Source: an uncultured Methanosarcinales archaeon (GTDB lineage Archaea; Nanobdellota; Nanobdellia; Woesearchaeales; UBA11576). From it: a DNA stretch of 64,000 nt. The notes beneath the pieces were generated by a model that was not told where the DNA came from, made no database searches, and was given only the letters and a program-made list of their open reading frames with translations. Positions 36,818-44,538 of the stretch are shown piece after piece. Every line of letters begins with the position of its first letter. Positions within the stretch are counted from its first letter, which is position 1. The stretch lies in NCBI GenBank assembly GCA_964406185.1, contig CAYOQS010000003.1:114459-178458 (forward strand). Direction: 5' to 3'. The position numbers and the translations under genes are program-made.

Positions 36818-36981
36818 ACCCTATAGAAACTGGTATTCAGGAAATCAGGGGCATTTATATTTGTTTTGTTTTTAAAATGCCTCCAGAAGCCCTGAAAATG
36901 CAGAATATGGGTTTTTTAGGTCTGAGAAATCACCCATCTGAAGGGCTGAAAAACAGGCTAAAGCAAAAGGATAAAACAAAC

Positions 36982-37146
36982 CTAAACAGTCCTCTTGACC
37001 TCCTTAAGAACGTGTTCCTTGACCCTAAAACTCCTTCCACAATAAACACAACGCTTGCTCTTACCTGAAAGCATCCTTGTGTCTGTATGGTACATCATAT
37101 CATGCCCGCAACCAGGGCATTTAAGAAGAAAATAGAAACGCGCCAT
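36982..37146 (-). CDS. small zinc-ribbon protein (54 aa), DUF1922-like
   Basis: MARFYFLLKCPGCGH..KRCVYCGRSF. ATG lies 1 nt after the scpB stop. Confidence 0.5.
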   Translation of the reverse strand: MARFYFLLKCPGCGHDMMYHTDTRMLSGKSKRCVYCGRSFRVKEHVLKEVKRTV

Positions 37147-37147
37147 G

Positions 37148-38392
37148 TTAAGTTTTTTCGTCTTCCTCTTCTTTCCCTTCGCCTTCTCCGCTGTCCTCTT
37201 TCCCTTCCTGCGCGAACTGACCAGGATACTCCTCTGCCTTAAGCGGGCCCTCTTCTTTGTCAGCGGCATCGCCTTCCTCAGCATCTTCATGCTCTTCCTC
37301 GCCTTCTTCAGGATGCGACGCTCCGCTCTCTTCGCCGTCTTCTTCAGACTCTTCATGCTCTTCCTTATCTTCCTCTTCTTCGCTCTCCCCATGCTTCTCT
37401 GCGGGTTTTGGGGCCAGTTGCTCTTCATCGCCCTCTATGAAATGCTCAAGCTTCGGATGCAGCTTCCTCTCTGCAAATGAAGCTTCGCCTTCCTCCTTCT
37501 CTTTCTTCTGTTCCTCCTCGAGAAGCTCCCGGGCTATACGTTTAGCTTTCTCCTCTTCGGTCTCCCCGGGCCGCGGTCCTTCACCTTCACCACCTTCTTC
37601 TGCATCTTCATCTCCTTCATCTTTCTCTTCTTCTTCCGGCTCCCCCTCTTCCGCGCCCGGCGGAGGCGACCGATAGGTCTCCAGCTCCACACCTACATGA
37701 GGTTTTGTCTTCTCAGGAAGCACATCCACATAAGGCTCAAGATCTACACTCTCGACAGAACCGCCACCATCTTCAGAATGCCCAGAAACACCAGTTATCC
37801 CCTCTTCTGCTACGTATTCGCCCTTCTTTTGCCGCCCATCCGGCTTGTCTGCTCCTTTCTCAAGCTCGCCAGCCTTCTTCTGAACAGCAACTTCGATATC
37901 CTTGAAATCGCTGAACATGTCCTTTATAGCGTCGGCATCAGGAAGGTCAAAATAATCCAGAAACTTCTGCGTGACCTTGAGCATGAAACTCCTGCCCTGC
38001 CTCTCCTTGGAGATGAAACCGAGACGCTCAAGCTCAGAAATGTGATCATAAGCCTTATTGGTCCTTATCTTGATCACATCCGACTGGAGAACCGGCTGCT
38101 TCCACGCGATGACAGAAAGGGTCTCGAGAATGGTCTTGCTAAGCTCGGTATGAGGGTTTATCTTCTGAACAGTCCTGAGGTACTTCTCCTTGACAGTAAG
38201 CTTCCAGCCATCATCCTCAGAAAGTATCATCAACGGGCTGTCCTTCTGCTCATAATCCTGCTTCAGCTCCCTGATAGTCTCCTTTATCAGGCCGGGCTCG
38301 CTGACGTGAAGAAGCTTCTGGAGCTCCCTAAGCTCGACAGTCCTGCCTGCCGAGAAAAGAATCGCCTCAACCTCTTTCTTCAGATCAGCCAT
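37148..38392 (-). CDS. scpB: segregation and condensation protein B (ScpB) with about 240-aa Glu/Gly/Lys-rich C-terminal tail
   Basis: Two winged-helix repeats: EAILFSAGRTVELRELQKLL.. and ETLSVIAWKQPVLQSDVIKIR..LERLGFI. The remainder is an acidic low-complexity tail. Confidence 0.75.
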   Translation of the reverse strand: MADLKKEVEAILFSAGRTVELRELQKLLHVSEPGLIKETIRELKQDYEQKDSPLMILSEDDGWKLTVKEKYLRTVQKINPHTELSKTILETLSVIAWKQPVLQSDVIKIRTNKAYDHISELERLGFISKERQGRSFMLKVTQKFLDYFDLPDADAIKDMFSDFKDIEVAVQKKAGELEKGADKPDGRQKKGEYVAEEGITGVSGHSEDGGGSVESVDLEPYVDVLPEKTKPHVGVELETYRSPPPGAEEGEPEEEEKDEGDEDAEEGGEGEGPRPGETEEEKAKRIARELLEEEQKKEKEEGEASFAERKLHPKLEHFIEGDEEQLAPKPAEKHGESEEEEDKEEHEESEEDGEESGASHPEEGEEEHEDAEEGDAADKEEGPLKAEEYPGQFAQEGKEDSGEGEGKEEEDEKT

Positions 38393-38446
38393 TTTATTCC
38401 CTGAACAAAATTAAAAAATTGAAAAACTGAAAAAGACACCAACAAA

Positions 38447-39076
38447 TCATGCCTGCTTCTTCGCGATGACGTAAGAATCGCCTGATTTCTCAACGATACC
38501 TGCCTTCTCGAAATTCGTGAGCAAAGCCTCCGCATTCTTCAGGGGTATACCTGTCAGCTTCGCGATCTCCTCAAGTGACCTTGGCTCCTTGAGCACGAAA
38601 TGCAGGAAGTTCCTGACAAGCACATCGGTGTTCTTACCTGCGACCTGCTCCTTGGCGGCGGAGTCTTTGAGCTTCAGGCCAAGGTCATGCATCTTAAGCA
38701 GGAAATCATTCATCAGTCCTGATACAAAATTAGCTCCCAGAGAAAGCTTCGAGGGCTGCATTATCTCGACGGACGAAGGGGTAAACTCGAAAAGGAACTT
38801 GGTGAGGGTATCAAGATCCTTAAACCATATCTCAAGCTCAGAGAAAGTCGAGAAAAGCTTTCCCTTCGCCTCTGCCTCATACGTAGATTCCGATACCACC
38901 TCTGCCCGGTCCACTTCGTTGATCCTGTCTATGACCAACTGAATGGACTCCTCGACGTATTCTTTCGGAGCCCCAAGGACCTCTATGATGACCCTTGCGA
39001 GGATGTTTCCCTTTTCCAGGCGATCCTTGTCTGAAAGCCCTTCGCTGCCTTCCTTCTTATCATCAGACCCTACCAT
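38447..39076 (-). CDS. hypothetical protein with C-terminal winged-helix-like domain
   Basis: PRSLEEIAKLTGIPLKNAEALLTNFEKAGIVEKSGDSYVI. Not ScpA-like by eye. Confidence 0.45.
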   Translation of the reverse strand: MVGSDDKKEGSEGLSDKDRLEKGNILARVIIEVLGAPKEYVEESIQLVIDRINEVDRAEVVSESTYEAEAKGKLFSTFSELEIWFKDLDTLTKFLFEFTPSSVEIMQPSKLSLGANFVSGLMNDFLLKMHDLGLKLKDSAAKEQVAGKNTDVLVRNFLHFVLKEPRSLEEIAKLTGIPLKNAEALLTNFEKAGIVEKSGDSYVIAKKQA

Positions 39077-39172
39077 AGCGGAAAAACAAAAAAAGAGGAC
39101 TGTTTATATATCTTTCTGTAGAAAAATAATGGTCAGATGTTTTAAAAAAGACCTTGTTCAAGAACTGGCCGA

Positions 39173-40240
39173 TCAGAGCCTTTTCATGAGAAGAGCGACG
39201 AGAACGAGAGCCAGAACAAGCATTATAAAATAAACTGCCAGATTCCCTGCCTTTGCAGAACTCGACATGAAAACAGTCCCTGATGTCCTGTTCCCGTCCT
39301 TCTTTTCTGCAGAAAAAAGCTTTCTTCTGCTCTCATTCTTGTGAGAGGTGTCGCCAGTCTCAGCTCCTGATGTTCGGGCAACAGAAAGGCTTCCCATGGC
39401 AGAACCCTTATCTGAAATGCTGCCCTGAGAACCTGCCCCGACATACAAAGGAACCGTGATCTCCTCAGAAGTCTTCCTTCCGGAGCGAAGGAACTTGACC
39501 TTCAGATTGTACTCACCATCATCCGCATCAACAACGTTCTCAAGGTCGAACGTGACATTCGAGAAAGAAGGTAGATTGACGGACTTCCGGTTCTGTTCGC
39601 GCTCTCCTGAGTAGCACACAGAATGACGATAGACGTAACTCCAGACATCCACCTCAAGATCATCCGGTGTAGGGTTCCGCATCACAACCCTCACCCTGAA
39701 AGGCACGCCAGGACTTACTGCAGAAGGAACATCAAGCATATCATAAGATACCTTTCCGTCATAGACGCCTGCCACTCCAACCATCTCATCCTCACAACCA
39801 TCAAACACGAGCTTCACCTCCTTCTCCTGCTCAAGACCAAGACCCTCTGCGTGTATCCTATAATCCCCACCAGGAAGACATCCTGAGAAGCCGAAGTTCG
39901 CGACCAGGTCGTAATGCATGAACCTCTCACTGAGAGGGAACTTATCCTCAGAGGATGCCTTTTTTCCGTTGCTGTCCTCTACCCAGGCATATATCGTCCG
40001 CTTCAAGGTCTTCCCCCTATACACAGAAAGCGGGACAGTCATGTTCCCATCCTGCCCGACAACATAACTCCTGTCCGCGAGTATCCTTATGAACGAAGCA
40101 TTGACATCAAAGGCATCCTTCCCTTCCACGCCGAGTTTAAGCTCTACAACATGCATCGTGTCAGCTGACGCGCGTAATACGTAAGCCAGCAGTACGATAA
40201 ATGCTATCATGGATATGCTGAAGAGTCTCATAGAAAACAA
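39173..40240 (-). CDS. secreted/surface protein with signal peptide and C-terminal TM anchor
   Basis: N-terminal hydrophobic leader, beta-rich body, C-terminal NLAVYFIMLVLALVLVALLM. Confidence 0.55.
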   Translation of the reverse strand: MFSMRLFSISMIAFIVLLAYVLRASADTMHVVELKLGVEGKDAFDVNASFIRILADRSYVVGQDGNMTVPLSVYRGKTLKRTIYAWVEDSNGKKASSEDKFPLSERFMHYDLVANFGFSGCLPGGDYRIHAEGLGLEQEKEVKLVFDGCEDEMVGVAGVYDGKVSYDMLDVPSAVSPGVPFRVRVVMRNPTPDDLEVDVWSYVYRHSVCYSGEREQNRKSVNLPSFSNVTFDLENVVDADDGEYNLKVKFLRSGRKTSEEITVPLYVGAGSQGSISDKGSAMGSLSVARTSGAETGDTSHKNESRRKLFSAEKKDGNRTSGTVFMSSSAKAGNLAVYFIMLVLALVLVALLMKRL

Positions 40241-40493
40241 TAAGGATGAAGAGCAATATATGCATTAGCAGAGAAAAAACGGATATATTGCGGACAAGAT
40301 ATCTTGATTTCCGGGAAGGCTGGATGGTATTACAACCGCCTTAAAAGTCAGCTGCAAATCAATACAGGCAGACCGCAATTATTCCGGCAAAATCCCTCTT
40401 GTCCTGCCTGTTGTCACCATTCCAGAATACTAATATAAGTTTAAATATCAAGAGGATAGTTATTCGGGAGTAGCTTAATATTGGGGGTTTATA

Positions 40494-41405
40494 ATGGGAA
40501 TCTTTGACTTTTTGAAGAAGGATAAATCAACGACTGGAGAGACAGGGATGGAACTTCCGCCGGTCCCGAATATAGAAGCTGATGAAACAAGAGGATCGAT
40601 GTTCCCTGAACTGAAAAAAGAAGAATCCCCTGAATTTCCAGACACATCCCTACCCCCTCTGCCCACAGAAGTGCCAGGAGAAGTCCCTCCAAAACCAGGC
40701 GAGGAAAAGCTTGAAGCCCCTAAAGTTAGCATACCCGAACCTCCTTCTCCAGTATCATCAAAAGCTCCTTCAAAGATAGAACCTGAACCGCTGGGTCCGC
40801 CTGCAGGACTGCCGAAAATCCCTCCAGAAATACCTGGAACGGAAGAGATAACAGAAGAGCAGAAGATGCCTGAAGAGCCCCCAGTACAGGAGATGGAAAG
40901 ACCTGAAAAGAGACCGCAACACGCAGCGAACACTTCAAAACCAGAATTCCCGACGACCCCTGAACTCCCTTCGGAAGAGACGATACCTGACAAGGTGCCG
41001 CCCCTGGAAGGCGTGCCAGAACCGCCGGAATACATGCCGGCAACGTCTGCGGGTCCCGCTCCAAAACATGCAGCAGGGAAAAGGATGCAGGAAATGCCTG
41101 AAGCGCCAGAGAGCAGACCGGAAGCGTTCCCGGCACCAGCATACACATACACTCCAGAGGAGAAACCAACACCTAAAAGAAGAGAAGCACGCGGGCCAAT
41201 ATACATAAAGACAGACACGTTCAAGGCGATAGCAGAAGACATAGAGCACATAAAATCCAGATTCACTACAGAAGATGACACGTTCACAAGAATCAATGAC
41301 GTCAAGAGCGCGCAGGACAAGAACTACGAAGCTTTCAGGCAGAAAATAGAAGATGTCCAAAGGAAACTGCTGTTCATAGACAGATCATTATTCGAGACAA
41401 GATAG
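40494..41405 (+). CDS. Pro-rich protein with C-terminal coiled-coil module (paralog trio member 1)
   Basis: About 230 aa of P/E-rich low complexity, then GPIYIKTDTFKAIAEDIEHIK..IEDVQRKLLFIDRSLF. Confidence 0.6.
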   Translation: MGIFDFLKKDKSTTGETGMELPPVPNIEADETRGSMFPELKKEESPEFPDTSLPPLPTEVPGEVPPKPGEEKLEAPKVSIPEPPSPVSSKAPSKIEPEPLGPPAGLPKIPPEIPGTEEITEEQKMPEEPPVQEMERPEKRPQHAANTSKPEFPTTPELPSEETIPDKVPPLEGVPEPPEYMPATSAGPAPKHAAGKRMQEMPEAPESRPEAFPAPAYTYTPEEKPTPKRREARGPIYIKTDTFKAIAEDIEHIKSRFTTEDDTFTRINDVKSAQDKNYEAFRQKIEDVQRKLLFIDRSLFETR

Positions 41406-41645
41406 GTGAAAAGAATGGAAAGGCAAGCACCCGTATTCGTGAAAGTAGAAGAGTACAAAGACGTGCTCGACATACTCGACCTGGTCAAGAACAAGATATC
41501 CGAAGCAAAATCCACGATGCACGAGATAAACGAGCTCAAGAACCAGGAAGACACAGAACTCGCCACATGGTCGAACGAGATAGCAGACATCGAGAGGAAG
41601 ATAGACTTCATAGACCAGACCATGCTCGAGCCGGAGAACGTATAA
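41406..41645 (+). CDS. small coiled-coil protein (paralog trio member 2)
   Basis: APVFVKVEEYKDVLDILDLVK..IADIERKIDFIDQTML aligns with the tail of member 1. GTG start directly after the upstream TAG, or ATG 41415. Confidence 0.6.
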   Translation: MKRMERQAPVFVKVEEYKDVLDILDLVKNKISEAKSTMHEINELKNQEDTELATWSNEIADIERKIDFIDQTMLEPENV

Positions 41646-41646
41646 A

Positions 41647-41988
41647 ATGCCTGAAGAAGAATACTTCGTGCAGATAAAGGATCCTGTGGATATCAGAAAG
41701 AGCCTGCTGGGAGGGTCCAAACAGATAATCCAGATGCTTCAGAGGTACGAACACATAAAGACACTCAGGACGAGGAAGCTCGAGAAGATATCAAAGCTCC
41801 GGTCCATAAACAAGGAGATAAACCTACTCACAGCAAAACTCCAGAAAGAATTCCCAGAATTCAAGATGAGAGTGGCGCTCGAAGATGATGCTCCCAGGAA
41901 AAGAAGGGCATCAGCAAGAGGAGATGACCTTGCAAAGCTCGAATCAGAACTCAAGATGATAGAGGACAAGATAGGAAGGCTTAGTTAA
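41647..41988 (+). CDS. small coiled-coil protein (paralog trio member 3, more diverged)
   Basis: EYFVQIKDPVDIRKSLLGGSKQIIQMLQ..; starts 1 nt after the upstream stop. Confidence 0.55.
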   Translation: MPEEEYFVQIKDPVDIRKSLLGGSKQIIQMLQRYEHIKTLRTRKLEKISKLRSINKEINLLTAKLQKEFPEFKMRVALEDDAPRKRRASARGDDLAKLESELKMIEDKIGRLS

Positions 41989-42021
41989 TTTTATATATCC
42001 TTTTTTCTGAACATTATCAAA

Positions 42022-42279
42022 ATGGGATTTGTGAGAATTCTGATGGCATTATCCATATTGGCTGTGCTGGCCCTTGACGGAGGACTGTTCCTGCTCACAT
42101 TAGGCCACGACCTGGAAGAGTGCACCACAGCTCTGGTGAGAGAGCAGGGTTACTCCCAAGAGAAAGCACGTGAAGGGTGCGAATTCCCTGAAATGCTTGT
42201 AAATTACAGATACTTCCTTTACGGTATCTCCGCTGTACTGATAATCCTCTTCGGCCATATCTTCAAGAAAGTCGATTAA
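42022..42279 (+). CDS. small membrane protein (85 aa, 2 TM)
   Basis: Two hydrophobic helices flanking a Cys-containing loop. Same strand and tightly spaced after the trio. Confidence 0.45.
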   Translation: MGFVRILMALSILAVLALDGGLFLLTLGHDLEECTTALVREQGYSQEKAREGCEFPEMLVNYRYFLYGISAVLIILFGHIFKKVD

Positions 42280-42280
42280 G

Positions 42281-42288
42281 TTTATATA
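42281..42288 (+). promoter_or_regulatory. TATA box for tRNA-Leu(CAA)
   Basis: TTTATATA lies about 38 nt before the tRNA 5' end. Confidence 0.45.
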
Positions 42289-42322
42289 CCAGCTCAGGCT
42301 CTCCAGATTCGCCCAAATCACT

Positions 42323-42549
42323 GAGGGGGTGCCGGAGTGGCCAAAACCGCCATGCACCTGCAGGCGGAGGCTATACGGGACAGCTTTTACTGTCCATAGG
42401 CATTAAAAGTCCAAACTCAAGTTTGGTTGAGTGCTGAGGTCTAAAACACCGATGAAGAACTCCGATGGGTCATCTGTTGGCTTAGTGCCTACCAGGGTTC
42501 AAATTGCGGCAAGCCTGCACGGTTCCGCGTGAAAGTCCCTGCCCCCTCA
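42323..42549 (+). tRNA. tRNA-Leu (candidate anticodon CAA), 227-nt gene with four inserted blocks
   Basis: Acceptor GAGGGGG/CCCCCTC, A73, D region TGCCGGAGTGGCCAAAA..CGG, variable arm TGGCTTAGTGCC and T arm CAGGG-TTCAAAT..CCCTG. All are shared with tRNA-Leu(GAG). Anticodon arm is CCAAA-CTCAAG-TTTGG (loop one nt short). Confidence 0.7.
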
Positions 42550-42562
42550 TTTTTTATTTTTT
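42550..42562 (+). terminator. oligo-T signal after tRNA-Leu(CAA)
   Basis: TTTTTTATTTTTT. Confidence 0.55.
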
Positions 42563-42725
42563 GGTGCTGTTTCCAGAAATTCTCAGAAAGAAAAAAATAA
42601 TAATCCACGACTGCGGCGAAATCTTATTTTATGTCCGGCAATCCAAGCGACCCGGATCAGGGTCATCAAGGCCGGTCCGTATCAGCACAACATTTATAAG
42701 CATGATGTTTATGGTCAAGCATACA

Positions 42726-44066
42726 ATGGCAATAGAGATATGCACTGTCGGAGGATATAACGAGGTCGGCAAGAACATGACCGCGATAAAGGTAGATGAC
42801 GAAGTCGTGATCATAGATATGGGACTTCACCTTGACCCGTACATCAAGTACACCGACGACGAAGACCTGAACAAAGAGATAAACGCGAAGACACTGACAA
42901 AGATAGGGGCGATACCAGACCTCAAACCCATAAACCAGTGGCGGAAGCAGGTCGTCGCAGTAGTGCCGACGCACGCGCACCTCGACCACGTCGGAGCGAT
43001 ACCCTACCTCTCAAACAAGTTTGACGCTGATATCATATGCACACCATTCACAGCAGAAGTGATAAAAGCTATATGCCGGGACGAAAAGATAAAGCTCGAG
43101 AATGACATCCGGGTGCTGAACCCCAACTCATCAGTGAATGTCTCTAAGAACATAAAGATAGAGTTCATCAACATAACACACTCCACACCGCAAGTCGTGA
43201 TGGTTCTCGTCCACACACCATACGGAAAGATACTCTACGGAAACGACTTCAAGTTCGACGACCACCCAGTCATCGGCAAGAAACCCAACTACGACAAGCT
43301 CAAACAGATAGGCAAAGAGGGTGACGTCATCGCGCTGATCGTGGACTCCACATACTCAAGAGACGCGCGAAAAACGCCCAGCGAGAAAGTCGCAAGGGAG
43401 ATGCTCCACGACGTGATGCTCAGCATAGAATCTGAAGGCAAAGCGGTCATAGTCACGACATTCTCATCACACCTCGCAAGGCTGCAGTCCATAATAGACT
43501 ACGGCAAAAAGATGAAAAGAAAGATCGTTTTCTTAGGCAGGAGCCTGGGCAAGTACGTAACAGCAGCAGAGAACATAGACCTTGTCAAGTTCACAAAAGA
43601 CGTCAGGCTCGCAAGGTTCAGGAAACAGGTCAATAAAGAACTCAGAAGGATAGCCAAAGACCCTTCCAAATACCTCATAGTCTGCACAGGACACCAGGGA
43701 GAGCCAAAAGCAGTGCTGTCCAGGATAGCCAACGGAGAGTTCGACTTCAAACTTTCCAAAGGGGACATAGTCATATTCAGCTGCACAGTAATACCTACCG
43801 CCCTCAACCAGTCCAACAGGGAAGTCCTTGAACAGAACCTCAAAAGAGAAGGCGCAAGGATATTCAAGGATATACACGTCAGCGGGCACGCAGCGAAAGA
43901 GGATCTCAGGGACCTTATCAACATGGTCAAGCCAGAGCACATCATACCTGCCCACGGAGACATAAACATGGCATCAGCACTGTCCCAACTCGCGATAGAG
44001 ATGGACTACAGGCTGGGAGAAGACGTGCATATAATGCAGAACGGGCAATTCCTGACGATAGAGTGA
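42726..44066 (+). CDS. rnj: archaeal RNase J (beta-CASP metallo-beta-lactamase ribonuclease)
   Basis: MAIEICTVGGYNEVGKNMTAIKV start, HxHxDH-type PTHAHLDHVGAIPYL, beta-CASP region. ATG 42726 fits TATA 42693-42699. The upstream part of the track ORF overlaps the tRNA. Confidence 0.8.
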   Translation: MAIEICTVGGYNEVGKNMTAIKVDDEVVIIDMGLHLDPYIKYTDDEDLNKEINAKTLTKIGAIPDLKPINQWRKQVVAVVPTHAHLDHVGAIPYLSNKFDADIICTPFTAEVIKAICRDEKIKLENDIRVLNPNSSVNVSKNIKIEFINITHSTPQVVMVLVHTPYGKILYGNDFKFDDHPVIGKKPNYDKLKQIGKEGDVIALIVDSTYSRDARKTPSEKVAREMLHDVMLSIESEGKAVIVTTFSSHLARLQSIIDYGKKMKRKIVFLGRSLGKYVTAAENIDLVKFTKDVRLARFRKQVNKELRRIAKDPSKYLIVCTGHQGEPKAVLSRIANGEFDFKLSKGDIVIFSCTVIPTALNQSNREVLEQNLKREGARIFKDIHVSGHAAKEDLRDLINMVKPEHIIPAHGDINMASALSQLAIEMDYRLGEDVHIMQNGQFLTIE

Positions 44067-44248
44067 TTTTTCTTGAGTTCTTTCCAACATTATCTGTCAT
44101 AGTTTTAGATACCTAATCAATAGTATGGTGGGCCTTCGGCAGAACCATACATAGATAGTTCTAAATGCGCAGACTTCCTGGTCCTGCGCAACCTACTGCT
44201 TGGGTGGGTGGTCAGGGGTCGGAAGGAGTGTGACAGCATGCTCATCAG

Positions 44249-44382
44249 AAAAAAAGGATCTGTGCCCGCTCATCAGTTACCAGCCACAACTGGTTACGCT
44301 CGGTTGACACGCAAGACCCGGTGCTATCTCGCTATACTCGATAGCACGAAAAAAAAAGGATTTGTGCCAGCTCATCAGTTAC
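44249..44382. repeat. two direct copies of a 25-nt core preceded by A7/A9 (plus strand) = shared 3' module plus T-run on the minus strand
   Basis: A7-GGATCTGTGCCCGCTCATCAGTTAC (44249-44280) and A9-GGATTTGTGCCAGCTCATCAGTTAC (44349-44382) differ at 2 positions. A third GCTCATCAG lies at 44240-44248. Confidence 0.75.
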
Positions 44383-44433
44383 TCCATCTGCCATAGAGGC
44401 ACTGGTGTTCACTTAATCATCGCTGGTAGCACT
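44358..44433 (-). ncRNA. candidate small RNA (about 75 nt) with K-turn/box C/D-like ends
   Basis: Minus-strand TATA (TTTATATAAA, 44457-44466) lies about 27 nt upstream. Terminal pairing is GUGC..CCAGC / GCUGG.CAC. GCGAUGA (C-like) and CUGA (D-like) flank it, and a T9 terminator lies at 44349-44357. Confidence 0.4.
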
Positions 44434-44538
44434 CCTCAAAGCATGGTGAGAGGCCATTTATATAAATATCTATTTTTTGCCCCTAATCAGTAGTGTCAAA
44501 ACGCAAGATTTAAATAGGGCTGTGGCTTAAAAATAAAT

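Noticed and set aside
37147-37428. N-terminal Lys/Arg-rich 94 aa of track ORF 36982-37428
   Set aside because: This is a frame-shifted shadow of the acidic ScpB tail. Only the 54-aa zinc-ribbon part after the scpB stop is plausible.
40475-41320. 281-aa Gly/Ser-rich ORF on the minus strand
   Set aside because: It is the mirror image of the Pro/Glu-rich low-complexity region of 40494-41405. The plus-strand gene has the conserved C-terminal module and operon context.
42504-42725. N-terminal 74 aa of the RNase J track ORF
   Set aside because: It overlaps the 3' part of tRNA-Leu(CAA) and its terminator. The TATA at 42693-42699 supports ATG 42726.
44240-44378. Hammerhead ribozyme cores (CTGATGAG occurs three times on the minus strand)
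   Set aside because: No downstream GAAA, stem III or cleavage triplet is present; each motif is followed by a short GC segment and a T-run instead.
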